A DNA stretch of 64,000 nucleotides from Bugula neritina (Eukaryota; Animalia; Bryozoa): positions 34,992,080 to 35,056,079 of the forward strand of contig OZ037765.1 of assembly GCA_964035545.1 (NCBI GenBank), read 5' to 3'. Shown here one piece after another: positions 11,312 through 23,536 of this stretch (its first letter is position 1; each line of letters opens with the position of its first letter). A program made the translations under genes and the position numbers. The notes below the pieces were generated by a model, which saw only the letters and a list, made by a program, of their open reading frames with translations, was not told where the DNA came from and did no database searches.

Positions 11312-13717
11312 TGTTGACTCAAACTTTATATTCACATTCCAGTCTAAAGAGTCAAAACAATTGATAACCTAGCTATGTTCTTAGCCTGTATTCCTGTCTG
11401 AATAAATTGCTACACACAACACAACTAAGCTGCCAGTCTGTCAGTTGGAAACCTATAAAACTTGTTGAGTTTGTAACTCCCAACTCAGCTACCACATCTT
11501 AAGATCTATTTACTCCATGTTTGTAGCCCCAACTCAGCTACCACATCTTAAGATCTATTTGCTCCATGCTTGTAGCCCCAACTCACCTTTTACTCATTTT
11601 GCAAAAACTAGTTCTGCTAGATTATCTAAGAGTTATCTCTCCTGAAGCTGCCTCTGCAGCATCTTGTAGACTGAGTAAGCTAGCTGCAGGTACTGCTGCT
11701 TTATAGAGTATCTGCTCTCATAAATAGCTTGTGAGCTGCACTGGCGGTATTATTCTACACACCATGCATGCTGGGAGTGTGTGGAGAGTGTCAAATAGAT
11801 AGTCCAGTGGGTGTAGCCAAGTGGGCGTAGCCCAGCAGATAAGATTATTTGGCATTCTTCTTTTCTATGCAGCTGTATATCTCAGCTATATAATACTACC
11901 TTATACAAATATATATACTATACAACTGTATATATAATACTACTAAATATATATAACATACAGCTGCATGCATATATACCCAGATTTGAGAATAATATAA
12001 ACAAACATGTTTAAATATCTTATCACATACTCACGTATATAGGTACATATAGGCACTGCTGCTATATTTTCCCAGAATGCCCTATTATATATGTATATAA
12101 AAACTAGCTTCTTTTATTTGTGACTATTTTCTGTGTCATATGATTATAGTTTATATAGACTTTCAATTACATCAATACATTCAATTTAATTTAATCTTAT
12201 TGGCTTTTTTTTCAATTTACACCATCAAAGAACTAATTGTTAACTACATTAGTTGTCATTAGATGCATTCTGTTTACAGGTATATAATATTACAGGACTG
12301 CATTTTCAGGTCATGGCCTTTTCTTGATTAATTTCACAACTACCCTTCTTGTTTGACAATATTATATTATCTCTCATGCATGATCAGTACATGATAATAA
12401 ACTATGAGCGAGCATAAAAAGAAACCTAAAATTGAAATTAAGTGATGAGTTGTTGACAGATATTTAAGAGTTGCATTACTTTTTTCTCTTCCACTTATTC
12501 AAAAGAGGTTTTAGAAGCAGCACAACTTTCAGGGTCAACAAAAGCCATGTTTGCATTGACATTGTTGTCCGAATCTACGGCTTCGCGAATGAATTGCACT
12601 GAATGGCTTCAAACTTTGTGCGGCTTCAAACGATTTATTTATATTTTTACGATAATGTTGTTATAAATTATCGTGACGGGCTCCCATCTGTCCACATCTA
12701 GTCAGTTGAGTACTCAGTCTCAACTTCACGCTTCACACTTCACAAACGGATGCAATGTTTTATATTAAATTTATAATCATAATGTTTCATTGGTCTGTCG
12801 GTTGACACCAGCTCTGATTACTCCCACTCATCTAAATCCTACTACTTATTCCATTTGCATATAAAGTCTGATATTAATATCCATGCTCATACCGGATTGA
12901 TATTCCTCACAGTTACACTTACTGTTGGTGTTAGCGTAGTGGTCCGGGTCATTCCTGATTCTACCACCACTGCTACTATTACTATTAGTATTAGTATTAC
13001 AGTACTAGTACTAGACCTAGTAGTAGTAGTTGTACTACTGCTACTACTAGTACTAGTATTGTTATTAAAATTAGCAGCTCTAGCGGCTACTGAATTAGTC
13101 AATTACCGTACTATTACTATAAGTATAAGTAACTGTAATTACTAACTTAAACTTGGTAACTTTAACTTGAAGTTATCAGTTTGAGTTACTGTTGAGGAGT
13201 GTTAGTGTTTAGAATTACTGAATTGACATTTATTGATTTAAATTAGTATATTTACTTCTAGTTCTACTATCTTACTAATACTAATACTAATAGTTATAAT
13301 AGTAGCAATACTAATAGTTATAGTATTACTTATTACCATTACTATTACTGTGTTAGTAATAGTTATACCTATACTTATAGTTATAGTATTAGTATATATA
13401 TTAATAGTAATAGTGATACAGTTAGTGTTACACTAATTTTAACTTTGATATCAATTACCACCATAATTTTTTTCCCTTTGCCTTTTGTAATACATCGTGT
13501 TAGTGCATATGAATAGAAATTGAGTAATAAAGTCAAAGTGTGATTCATAAACTACCCAGTAAATATTTTGTAAACTTTACTGCCGTTAACCTTTCACCTT
13601 ATTTTCTTTTAATTTACTGTCCTGTTATAAATGTGTGCTATGTCGTTGCTCATAATGAGGTGTAGAAAAACTAAGGTGTAAATTTGGTTTCTATTTAGTT
13701 GGCTGAGAAGCTGAATA

Positions 13718-16133
13718 ATGGCTTGTCCAAAGGATTATGGTACTGATGAGGAGAGGCGGGCTTACATTAATAGTCACATGACAGAACTACATCCTGTGAT
13801 GAAAAAACTGCGAGAAGTTTGTTTTAAATTATATAAATATTTGAAATAGTTATACCGGAAGGTATTTGCTCATTTAAAAATGCCATTTTATATTTCTGAG
13901 TGTTTGTAGCTGATGGAAACGCATCCTCGTGGCTTCCTGATTAGTAGCCCAAACACTGCTATGATTCTCTCCAATGTGCTGCAACTAGCTGGCGTCAAGA
14001 AGTGTATAGAAGTTGGTAAGCTCTCAAATATGTTTGATAATATATAGATTTTCCTGTGACCATAGTTAGAGTTTTGGGTACCTCAACTTAGCTACTGTTT
14101 AATCACACAATAAACTAGCTGAATATGGGAGCTTCTTTGAATGACAATATTTGTTGATTCTGAAGATGATTTGTAATTCAGTTGTGTCTGTGATCAGTGT
14201 GGCAAGTTCAGAGGTTATATTAAGGTCACGTTGCTGTTTATATGTCGATATTCCGCCCTGTATAGACAGCTCCTGTATTAAGGAGGCGTGAAATTAAGAG
14301 AACTTATAGACAATATGTGTTGTTAGCAATTCTTAAAAGATAGTTTTTATATGACTGTTGCCAATTGTTGAAACCGAAATTTATCTGAGAAATTTATTTG
14401 CTATCTTGTGAATAAGTTGCACTTTTGCTTGTGCTGTTGGAGTTATTACCCCTGTAGAGATGTACAGATCTTCTCTTAGCTGAGGTTCTTTGTGCTCCAC
14501 TTGTTCAATTACCAACACGGTGCTTCAGTGTCCCTCACTGAACTCAAACTACATCCTGCAGAAACTCAAACTACATCCTAGCAGACATAATACTGGGTAT
14601 ACTTGTGTCAATTGGTAGGTGTGTTTACTGGATACAGCAGTCTAGCCTGGGCACTCAGTATTCCTCAAGATGGTAAAGTTGTAGCCTGTGATATCTCAAC
14701 TGAGTTTACAGATATTGGAAAACCATTCTGGAAGGAGGCGGGTGTAGACCATAAGATTGACCTAAGGATAGCACCTGCTGTTGATACACTTCGTGAGTTT
14801 AGTCCACTGTCACTAGATGTCACTGTCACTAGATGTCACTGTCACTAGATGTCACTGTCACTAGATGTCACTGCCACTAGATGTCACTGCCACTAGATGT
14901 CACTGCCACTAGATGTCACTGCCACTAGATGTCACTGCCACTAGATGTCACTGCCACTAGATGTCACTGCCACTAGATGTCACTGCCACTAGATGTCACT
15001 GCCACTAGATGTCACTGTCACTAGATGTCACTGTCACTAGATGTCACTGTCACTAGATGTCACTGTCACTAGATGTCACTGCAGTAGATTTTATTGCTAG
15101 TGTAGTTAGCTATTAAAAGTGGAAGAGCATATAAATTGACCCATAGGTTGTGAGTCGAGTGTAGTCAGCTGATAGTTGTATTTTTATTTTATGGAGCCAA
15201 AGATAGACCAGCTTATTGTTAGTTTGGTTCACCGTAATATGTTTGAATTAATTTAATCTGAATGTTACACAGTCATGAAATTCTTTATGAGATGCATTGC
15301 AGGGTGTCAGGTAATAATGGCACAAATGGAAAAGTGGGTAAGAGTGGCACATTTTCAATATTTGGGGTTTAGGGGTGGGAGTTTTGAATGGGAGTTGGGG
15401 TTTGAGGGTTAGGGTTTGAGCAAATTTAATATCAGTGTGCCAATATCACCTACTTTTCCATTTCTGTCACTTTTACCTGTACCATTATTACCTGTGCCAT
15501 TATCTAAAAATTACAGACCCATATAGTTTTTTTATTTATTTACCTAGACTGTTTGTTAATGTAAAATATTAAACCTTTCAATGCGCTTTGCCTTTTGCTA
15601 ATTTTATTTATGCGCTACTAATCGGTTTCCATGGTTACAAGGAATGCCATACTATGTTATAGAATCACTGATAGATGCAGGTGAAAGTGGAACATTCGAC
15701 TTCGTATATGTTGATGGTGACAAGTTAAATGCTGACGTCATCTACGAGCTCTCGTTAAAATTACTGCGTACCAACGGCATCATAGCCTTTGATAATGTGA
15801 GTTTTTGAATCTGTTAAATCTGCAACAAGTTTCTTGGTAACTGGAGAAACTGATATAAACAATAATGCTTTCCTATGTTCTCACAAATGACTCATCAATA
15901 TATTCATTTATAAACCATTCTCTCTGACCTCTGACCTTGCAGCTGACTTCTCATCAGTGATATTCTGTGTTTAGAGTTTTATGCACGGATACCTGTTGAA
16001 GCCAGAGGAGGAAGATGAGAGGCAGGACGTGCCTGTCATCCGTAAACTCAACGTGAAGATACAACAAGACCCGAGAGTCACTGCAGTGATGTTGGACGTG
16101 GGCGACGGGGTCTATATGTGTAGGAAAAACTAG
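13718..16133 (+). CDS. COMTD1: O-methyltransferase copy 2, about 223 aa; exons 13718-13816, 13910-14015, 14619-14792, 15663-15796, 15975-16133
   Basis: Same exon sizes and phases as copy 1 (99/106/174/134); IEVGVFTGYS, YVDGDK, AFDN. Confidence 0.88.
14805..15081. repeat. 16-bp minisatellite CACTAGATGTCACTG(T/C), about 17 copies, OMT2 intron 3
   Basis: Starts about 12 nt after the splice donor. Confidence 0.95.
15302..15520. mobile_element. Small fold-back/MITE-like element with a G/T-rich telomere-like core
   Basis: Left arm AGGTAATAATGGCACA-AATGGAAAAGTGGGT is inverted at ACCTACTTTTCCATT..TGTACCATTATTACCTGTGCCATTAT; core GGGTTTAGGG..GAGGGTTAGGGTTT. No TSD resolved. Confidence 0.55.
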
Positions 16134-18734
16134 CTGCTTCCTGTGTGCACTGCTATTGGCTAACCTTTGACCTAGCTAGCAGGGGTTGTTACTTTTTACT
16201 CTGTTGAGCTGTTAGCTAAACGCACTTGCCACTGGCAGTCCTGTTCTCCACTTTCCATGTTGAAACTAGCAATTCTCGCCAATTTACTTTTGTTTACATT
16301 TAAATACAGAACAAAGGAGTTTTGCTTGTATTTTGTACTTTTTTGACAACAAATCGTATCCAATTTTTTTTTATTCTTTGGTAAACTACTTTGAATGTTT
16401 TAGCTAAAACTTTAATGAAAATAATCATTAATTGGTATTATGATATTCTACTAACTAGGTTTTATATTTTTGCCTAATAAAGATGAGTTAACACGATCAT
16501 CTGCCAATTACAATCAGCAATTTCAATTATTAAATGGCAATAAGTAACAAGCAATTAGCAATAAGTTACAGGCAATCAGCAATAAGCAACAGGTAACAAG
16601 TAACAAGCCATTGTTTTGTAGTTGATTTGAATTAGAAGTTATAAAAGCTAGTTGGTACATGAGCAATGTTTACTATTCTGCATTATGGATTCTACAACAT
16701 GCAAGTGGTATGCTTCATTTTATAAATTTTGGGATACAGTAAGACTGTAAGAAACAACTAACTGTTCCCAGGTATGTACATACAGGTTTCACATATAATC
16801 CAAAATCAGTAAAAAATAATTTTGCCAGTAGTTACTGTTATACAGCAAAGGTTAGGGGGCGCAAGCCCTTGTTACAAAATGATAAAATTATTATAATACC
16901 ACAGGAACAGTATCGGGCCATGGCAATAGTAAGCTGATCACAACTTGCAAAACAACAACAAAGCGAACTCGGGTGAACTCACGTACGCATGTGATTCATT
17001 TTGACTGGTTGTGTCTAGTTTTGGCGAGCACAATGCGAAGAGAAAACAGCTGCGGTTGTTTAGGCAGTGCTGAACTGGTACAAGATATGACAAAAGTGTT
17101 AAAAACTGCTACAGTAGGTCATTGTAGTAACATAGACATTATCATTTACTATATAGATTGTAATATTACAACTAAAAGATGCTACAAAATGAAAACTTAC
17201 TTTCAAGAACTCTAGCATCTAGAGTCTAAACTGAATACTGGCACAGCACTAGTTGCAACACGCGTGGGAAGCTAAATTAACGGAAGAATTAATAGACTAT
17301 CGCGTAAATTCCCAAGGCTATTGACCCTATTAGCCAATAAGAAAAACAAGAATCGCTTTAAGCAGCACAAAGTTCAGATCACTGAGCGCAGTGTTTCAGG
17401 AGGAGGTAGTTTTAAGTGTATATACACGCTGCGCCCGATGACTTCAATTTGTGCTCCTTTTGGCACTAAGCCTTTTTCTGTTGGAAATTCATTCCTATTG
17501 TTATTCCGATAAAAACGATGCGAAGGAACTTCAATGGATATTTTGAACTTGGTTAAACACGACTTCAACCTGCTAGTACTTTTTTAGTTCACACTGCTTT
17601 AAATTTATTGGAGAGAGCAACCTAATACTTAAAGTTAATACTAATAGTTATACTTATAGTAATACTAATTGAAATTCTAATACTAATAGTAATACTAGTA
17701 CTAATACTAATACTAATAGTAATACTAATAGTAAATGTAATACTAATATTTTCCCTTTATCCAGACATGTATTTTTTTATGCTATTTTGCTCATTTTTGA
17801 AAACTCACTAAATTATCTAGTAATACTCACTAAGTCTAATCACTAATGTCAATGATTATAAGCTGGTAGTGATATTAATAACTATAACTATAAGTATATA
17901 AATTCATAGACATAAAAAGTAACGTTAAACTAACTATTGAGCTTAATAACCGACTTAAAGTAACTGTAGTGTAAGTAACTTGGTTAAAATAACTGTAAGT
18001 AACTCAGTAATATATGCGCGCGAGACGGACGTGTTTTCTGAGCACTCTTGCCAACCTAAATATTTCAAAACCTTACACCTATCTTATCTATATTTATTAC
18101 CTATTTATATTACCTAGTACTACCTATGCTTATTTCCTTACTTACTTACTTTACTAACATTAACACAGAGAGTGACTGTGAGTTAAATTAAAGTTTTAAT
18201 AAAACTACGTTCGACGACTGGCAGTGACTGTTAGTTACTGAAACTGACTGCCAGATTGATCTAACAAATTTCTAGTGATTCTCATAAATAGATAACTAAA
18301 ATAATAATTGAAAATACGTTAGTATTAACTTCATACTACTGTAACAGAGGAAAAGACCGTGTGCGCGAGTGTTTGTAACTCTGTTTGAAAACACCATTAG
18401 TCACAGTCGAACTCATAATATCTGCAAATTGATGTCCAGAGCTCCGTAAGTTTTCACTGATTCAGCCAAGATCATACTGACAACCATATAACTATAAGAC
18501 ATTAGTGATTAAGTACACTCACCACCGCTTCCAGTTACTGTTAGTGTTAGTTAACTGCAAAGGTATTATTAATATTTAATTCGTATTATAAATTATTGGA
18601 TTGGAGTAACATTCATTCTGAAGTTAAAGCTTCATAGAAAATTACTATATTATATGAATATCTTTTTAAATTAATATTGTTACTGATAATCTACTAAACG
18701 AAAAAGCTTCAAAACAAATTGAACCGTGGTCAAC

Positions 18735-19766
18735 ATGGCCAAAAACATCCTTTATAGCGACAGAGGGAACGACAGTGTTTTTAGTGACGGGCAAGATAAG
18801 GGGCCCTCACAAACTTACCCCACTCGACTAAGTGTGAGTCAAAATAAGGCAACAATCCAAAAGAACCCCGAATCAAAGCAAAAATGTGTTACATGCCAAA
18901 ATGAAGAATGCACCATCTTGGTTGGCAGTGGAAAAAACCAAAAAAAGCAAAAAGCTGAATTTAAGTGGATTGAATGTGACCTCTGTGCATTATGGTTCCA
19001 TAGCACTTGTCAGGATCTCAAGGTTTCAGAGGCAACTGCTATTGTCAAACTGGCCAGCAAGGGAGTCAAATGGTATTGCTCAGGATGCCAAAAGGCTATA
19101 CAAGGCCAATCACCATCAATCATACCTCAAATGTCCAAACTTAGCTGCCTGCAGCAAATGGTGGAAAAACTGAATGAAAAGGTGGATGAATACCAACACC
19201 ATACCACCGAACAAGTTCAATACCTAAAAAAGTCCTGGGCCGAGACAGTAAAAAATGACCAACTGGCCAAAGATATGAAGCTCGCAGTGCAAGCTTCTAC
19301 TTCTACCAAAGCTCTACTGACTGCAGAACTTCAGAAAAAAGAGCTCGAAGAGCGTAAAAATAATGCCATTCTCTATGGTCTGAATGAACAAAAAACTGCA
19401 ATGGAAGATATTACCGAGCTGATAAAGAACTCCCTTTTTAAAAACTATGACAAACCACAAAAGGCATTCCGGCTTAGTCAAAAAGATGAAGGAAAAACCC
19501 GCCCTATCAAACTAACATTCAAGGACGAACAAGCAAAATGGAGCTTCCTCAAGAGAGTAAACCACCACTTGCGAGCTGATAAAATGTTTTGCAAACTAGA
19601 TGTTAACAAAGAGATACGAAATAGAGAATACCAGCTACGCGAGCAGATGCGCAAGCTGAAATCTGAAAATCAGGGTGAATATCGCATTAGAGACCTATCT
19701 ATCGAAAAGAAAAGTCCCTCGGGAAACTGGGAGAAAATGAATCCTGTCACAACAAACGGAAATTAA
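18735..19766 (+). CDS. LINE A ORF1 (PHD finger, coiled coil, RRM-like domain)
   Basis: CVTC..WIECDLC..WFHSTC..WYCSGC fits C4HC3; NAILYGLNE and RPIKLTF motifs are typical of LINE ORF1 RRM. Confidence 0.88.
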   Translation: MAKNILYSDRGNDSVFSDGQDKGPSQTYPTRLSVSQNKATIQKNPESKQKCVTCQNEECTILVGSGKNQKKQKAEFKWIECDLCALWFHSTCQDLKVSEATAIVKLASKGVKWYCSGCQKAIQGQSPSIIPQMSKLSCLQQMVEKLNEKVDEYQHHTTEQVQYLKKSWAETVKNDQLAKDMKLAVQASTSTKALLTAELQKKELEERKNNAILYGLNEQKTAMEDITELIKNSLFKNYDKPQKAFRLSQKDEGKTRPIKLTFKDEQAKWSFLKRVNHHLRADKMFCKLDVNKEIRNREYQLREQMRKLKSENQGEYRIRDLSIEKKSPSGNWEKMNPVTTNGN

Positions 19767-22519
19767 GCCTTTTTTATGCTAACACTAGATCAGCAAAAGG
19801 AAAAACCACTGAAATCACTGCCTTGACCAAAGACTTTGATATTATCTGTCTTACTGAGACCCATCTTGATGCCAACATATGTGACAGCTGCATTATAGAG
19901 ACCCCTGGTCTGGATTTCTTTAGACATGACAGGAACATCCATGGTGGTGGGGTCCTAGTCGCTACAAAAAGTTTTCTGCAGGCTAGTAGCATAAACATTG
20001 AGACATATGGCGAAGAAATGGTCATCATAAAACTTCCACCAAATCTTATTCTGTGCTGCTACTACAGAGCCCATGTATCACTTCTAAATATCAGTAAAAT
20101 TAATGATATCATTTCTTCCATCTTACAGAGCTATCGTCACTGCAGATTTGTACTAATAGGAGACTTTAATCTCCCTGGTATAGACTGGTCAGCAGGTATA
20201 GTAAGACCAAACGCCCATTATAAATCATCGCAACAACAATTTATTAACATACTCCATGAAAACTGTCTGACCCAGGTTATTGAAGAGCCAACACACACAT
20301 TCGGTAACACCCTAGACATTATCTGTACCAGTGACACCTCCATAATAGATTCTATAAATGTAATTAGGCCGGGGCTCAGTGATCATTACATCATCATAGC
20401 TAAACTACTAATTGAAAACCCACCTTCCCAAGATGTTATCCACAAAAATCATAAAGACATTCTCATCCATCGCAAAGCTGATGTCATTAAATTTAGAAAC
20501 TATATGAGCTATGCATGTGAAAAGCTTTCACAGATGGATAATGTCCAGCAGATGTGGGATACTTTCTCTGTCGCCTTCAAAGAAGCTATTGAAATATCTG
20601 TACCAAAAAAGACCATAAAAATAAGAAACAGTGGCCAACCACCTTGGTTTTCTAAAGAGGCTAAGAAACTTCATGACATGCAGATGTCATTATATAGAAA
20701 ATTCAAGAGAACAAACAACCCATACTTTTTGCAGAGATACCAACAGCAAAGAAGAAACAATAAAAAAGCCTTCAAGTTAATCAAGAAGGAATACATAGTG
20801 AACAAAGTCTGTAAGCCTCTGCTGAAAGGAAACAGCAAACCCTTTTACAAGCATCTGCGACACAAACGGAAGTGCCAACATCCACTTACAAGTATTAAAA
20901 TTAAAAACGGTAATATAACTACAGACAGTCTGGAATGCGCAGAAACTTTAAATAGCTATTTTCATAGCCAGTTCTGTGTTGATGAAGCCATTACTGATCT
21001 CCCCCTTCTCCCTACTAATTGCAGGACTCTTGAGATCAACCCTGAAGGAGTCAAGAAATTAATTCATGATCTGAAGAACAATAAATCTCCAGGACCTGAC
21101 CAGATACGAAAGTGTGAGCTTTTAATAGACCCTAATATAGTAGCTCAATGTCTTACATATGTCTTTCAGGCCTCAATAGACTCCGGAGTGCTCCCAGCAC
21201 AATGGAGAACTGCCAATGTGACACCAGTCCACAAAAAAGGTGCCAAAGACGAGCCATCAAACTATCGCCCAATCTCTCTCACCAGCATCCCTTGTAAAAT
21301 GTTAGAACACATTGTCCTACATTATCTAAACAAATTGCTTGACAGCATGCTCTACAACAGACAACATGGTTTCAGGAAAGGCTTAGGATGTGAAACTCAG
21401 CTTTGCGCTACCTACCACGACATAGCAAAATCTGTGGAACATGATCATGTTATTCATGGAGTAGTCCTTGATTTCCGTAAGGCGTTTGATAAGGTTCCCC
21501 ACACCCTACTCATGCAAAAAGTCCGTTGTATTGATGGCATTAACCCAACCATAGCAAATTGGATCCAAGGGTTCCTGACAAAAAGAAGTCAGAGAACTGC
21601 CATACGTGGTGTATTATCATCAGATCTCCCTGTCTCCTCGGGGGTGCCACAGGGTTCGGTACTAGGGCCAACCTTGTTTCTTATATACATAAATGACCTA
21701 CCACAAGTGATAACATGCAAAGTAAGTCTCTATGCCGATGACACCCTGATTTATGCTGCTGTGAATAGCAATGAGGACAAGCAGCTTTTTCAGACAAATA
21801 TAGATGCTCTACATAAGTGGTCCATGAAATGGAAAATGCCTTTTAACACGGAAAAGTGTGAGGTAATCGTCTTTAGCAAAGCCCCAAGGGCATATCCAGT
21901 GTTTGACCCCAGCTATGCACTTGGTGGAACTCCGCTCAAATGCAGACAGGAGATCAAATATCTTGGTATAATTCTGCAGTCCAACTTAAAATTTGAGCAA
22001 CATATTACATCTAAGATCAAAAGTGCCTCCAAGGTCCTAGGTTGCATAAAATACTCGCTTTATGAAGCCCCTGCCAATAGCAAACTACTCGCATACACCA
22101 GTCTCTGCCGACCAATTCTAGAATACGGCGATACTCTTTGGGACCCAGCGGATTCAGCTAATATTGATGCCTTAGAGCGTGTACAGTCCCAAGCAATCAG
22201 GTTCATTAACAATATCAAAGGAAGACAAGGCATCTCAGAAGCTCGAAACAAACTCGAACTACAACTTCTCAAAGACCGAAGAAAAACACATAGGTTGTCA
22301 CTGTTAATGAGAATCCTCTCAGATGAATCTAAACACCAAACCTTAGCCTCAGCTTATGATGAACTGACTAAAAATAAAAACAAGTACATTATGTATACGC
22401 GAGCTGCACAGAAAGGTGAGCCAACATCTATCTATGCTGCGAGCAAGGTCTATTTTAACAGTTTTCTCCCACGCAGTGTGAGAGATCTGAAGCTAAGGTC
22501 AACTAACACACAACAATAA
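19691..22519 (+). CDS. LINE A ORF2 (AP endonuclease + reverse transcriptase); frame opens at 19691 with no AUG before the endonuclease domain
   Basis: LSLFYANTRS, CLTETHL, GDFN, LDII, SDH (APE); YRPISLTS, DFRKAFD, GVPQGSVLGP, YADD (RT). Confidence 0.93.
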   Translation, partial: RPIYRKEKSLGKLGENESCHNKRKLSLFYANTRSAKGKTTEITALTKDFDIICLTETHLDANICDSCIIETPGLDFFRHDRNIHGGGVLVATKSFLQASSINIETYGEEMVIIKLPPNLILCCYYRAHVSLLNISKINDIISSILQSYRHCRFVLIGDFNLPGIDWSAGIVRPNAHYKSSQQQFINILHENCLTQVIEEPTHTFGNTLDIICTSDTSIIDSINVIRPGLSDHYIIIAKLLIENPPSQDVIHKNHKDILIHRKADVIKFRNYMSYACEKLSQMDNVQQMWDTFSVAFKEAIEISVPKKTIKIRNSGQPPWFSKEAKKLHDMQMSLYRKFKRTNNPYFLQRYQQQRRNNKKAFKLIKKEYIVNKVCKPLLKGNSKPFYKHLRHKRKCQHPLTSIKIKNGNITTDSLECAETLNSYFHSQFCVDEAITDLPLLPTNCRTLEINPEGVKKLIHDLKNNKSPGPDQIRKCELLIDPNIVAQCLTYVFQASIDSGVLPAQWRTANVTPVHKKGAKDEPSNYRPISLTSIPCKMLEHIVLHYLNKLLDSMLYNRQHGFRKGLGCETQLCATYHDIAKSVEHDHVIHGVVLDFRKAFDKVPHTLLMQKVRCIDGINPTIANWIQGFLTKRSQRTAIRGVLSSDLPVSSGVPQGSVLGPTLFLIYINDLPQVITCKVSLYADDTLIYAAVNSNEDKQLFQTNIDALHKWSMKWKMPFNTEKCEVIVFSKAPRAYPVFDPSYALGGTPLKCRQEIKYLGIILQSNLKFEQHITSKIKSASKVLGCIKYSLYEAPANSKLLAYTSLCRPILEYGDTLWDPADSANIDALERVQSQAIRFINNIKGRQGISEARNKLELQLLKDRRKTHRLSLLMRILSDESKHQTLASAYDELTKNKNKYIMYTRAAQKGEPTSIYAASKVYFNSFLPRSVRDLKLRSTNTQQ

Positions 22520-23348
22520 ACAGCTATATGCTGCTATACTAACTCATACTGACATTTATCACTAACCAAAGAGGCGCTCCACGTTTGCACCATAACGGTG
22601 ACATTGAGTGTTCTATCGTCTACGAGGTGAGTTACGAGGTGAGTTACCACGTCTCAGTCTGAGTCTGTTGACTGTTCAAGCTTAACTTCAGTCTTCGTCA
22701 TCATGTACTTGTGGTGCTAGTAGTAGTGTTACTGTTACTCATACTGGTAGTCTAAGTCACAATAATATTATTCATAGTCATAGTGTTCTAATTTTTACGA
22801 CGTGAGTTATGGACTTAGAGTCGTACTTACTTACAGTTACAACCACGGAGTTGAATCATGGTGATACTGATAATCAGTGTCACTATCATATTCATATTGA
22901 TATTGATATAATCCAATTATTTATTAATGTTATATTAATATAATTACATTCATAATGATACAGTTACACTAAGTCTGCTACTACTAAAGAGCGACTTACA
23001 GTTACACTAAGTCTGCTACTAGACAGTGACTTACAGTTACACTAAATCTGCTACTGTCTTATTTAATCAGAAAGAAAGATGTAGAAATTAAGAAGTATGG
23101 TATCATTACATAGTCCCTTTGAGTAGAAACATCAATAACCCAAATCTTTTAATGTTCTATTATATGGATTTTGGTTTGGATATTTGGTAAAATTGCGATA
23201 AAACGACTCCCTTTGATACATTTTTTATCTAGAGCACCAGCTTTCTGTTATTTCTCTGTTACTGCTTTACCTCAAAGTAGCAAAGTTTTATTTAGAAGGG
23301 GAGAAATTCCTTATAACTATGAATCAGCAGACTTGTAGTCCTAATGAA

Positions 23349-23457
23349 CTTTTACCTGCACTCAAATATATAACTGTGTATAAACTTTTACCTGCACTCA
23401 AATATATTACTGTGTATAAACTTTTACCTGCACTCAAATATATAACTGTGTATAAAC
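23349..23457. repeat. 36-bp unit, 3 copies
   Basis: AACTTTTACCTGCACTCAAATATATAACTGTGTATA repeated. Confidence 0.9.
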
Positions 23458-23536
23458 TCTTGTACACATCAAGTTATTGGTCCCGTATGATAGTCAATAT
23501 TATTAATGACTTGTTTACTGTTAGTCAGGGGAAAAC

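Larger units (their letters stand above)
18350..22647 (+). mobile_element. Two-ORF non-LTR retrotransposon (CR1/L2 group), LINE A; 5' end approximate
   Basis: ORF1 PHD + coiled coil + RRM-like; ORF2 APE + RT; short 3' UTR with a hairpin and (ACGAGGTGAGTT)2AC tail at 22622-22647; no poly(A). Confidence 0.93.

Noticed and set aside
16855-16873. GGGGC-GCAA-GCCCC hairpin followed by TTGT, resembling a Helitron 3' end or a terminator
   Set aside because: No canonical CTRR end or matching 5' terminus found; bacterial terminator logic does not apply.
18004-18037. Inr-like TCAGT plus DPE-like GGACGTG as the LINE A internal promoter
   Set aside because: Spacing does not fit +28, and no TSD defines the 5' end.
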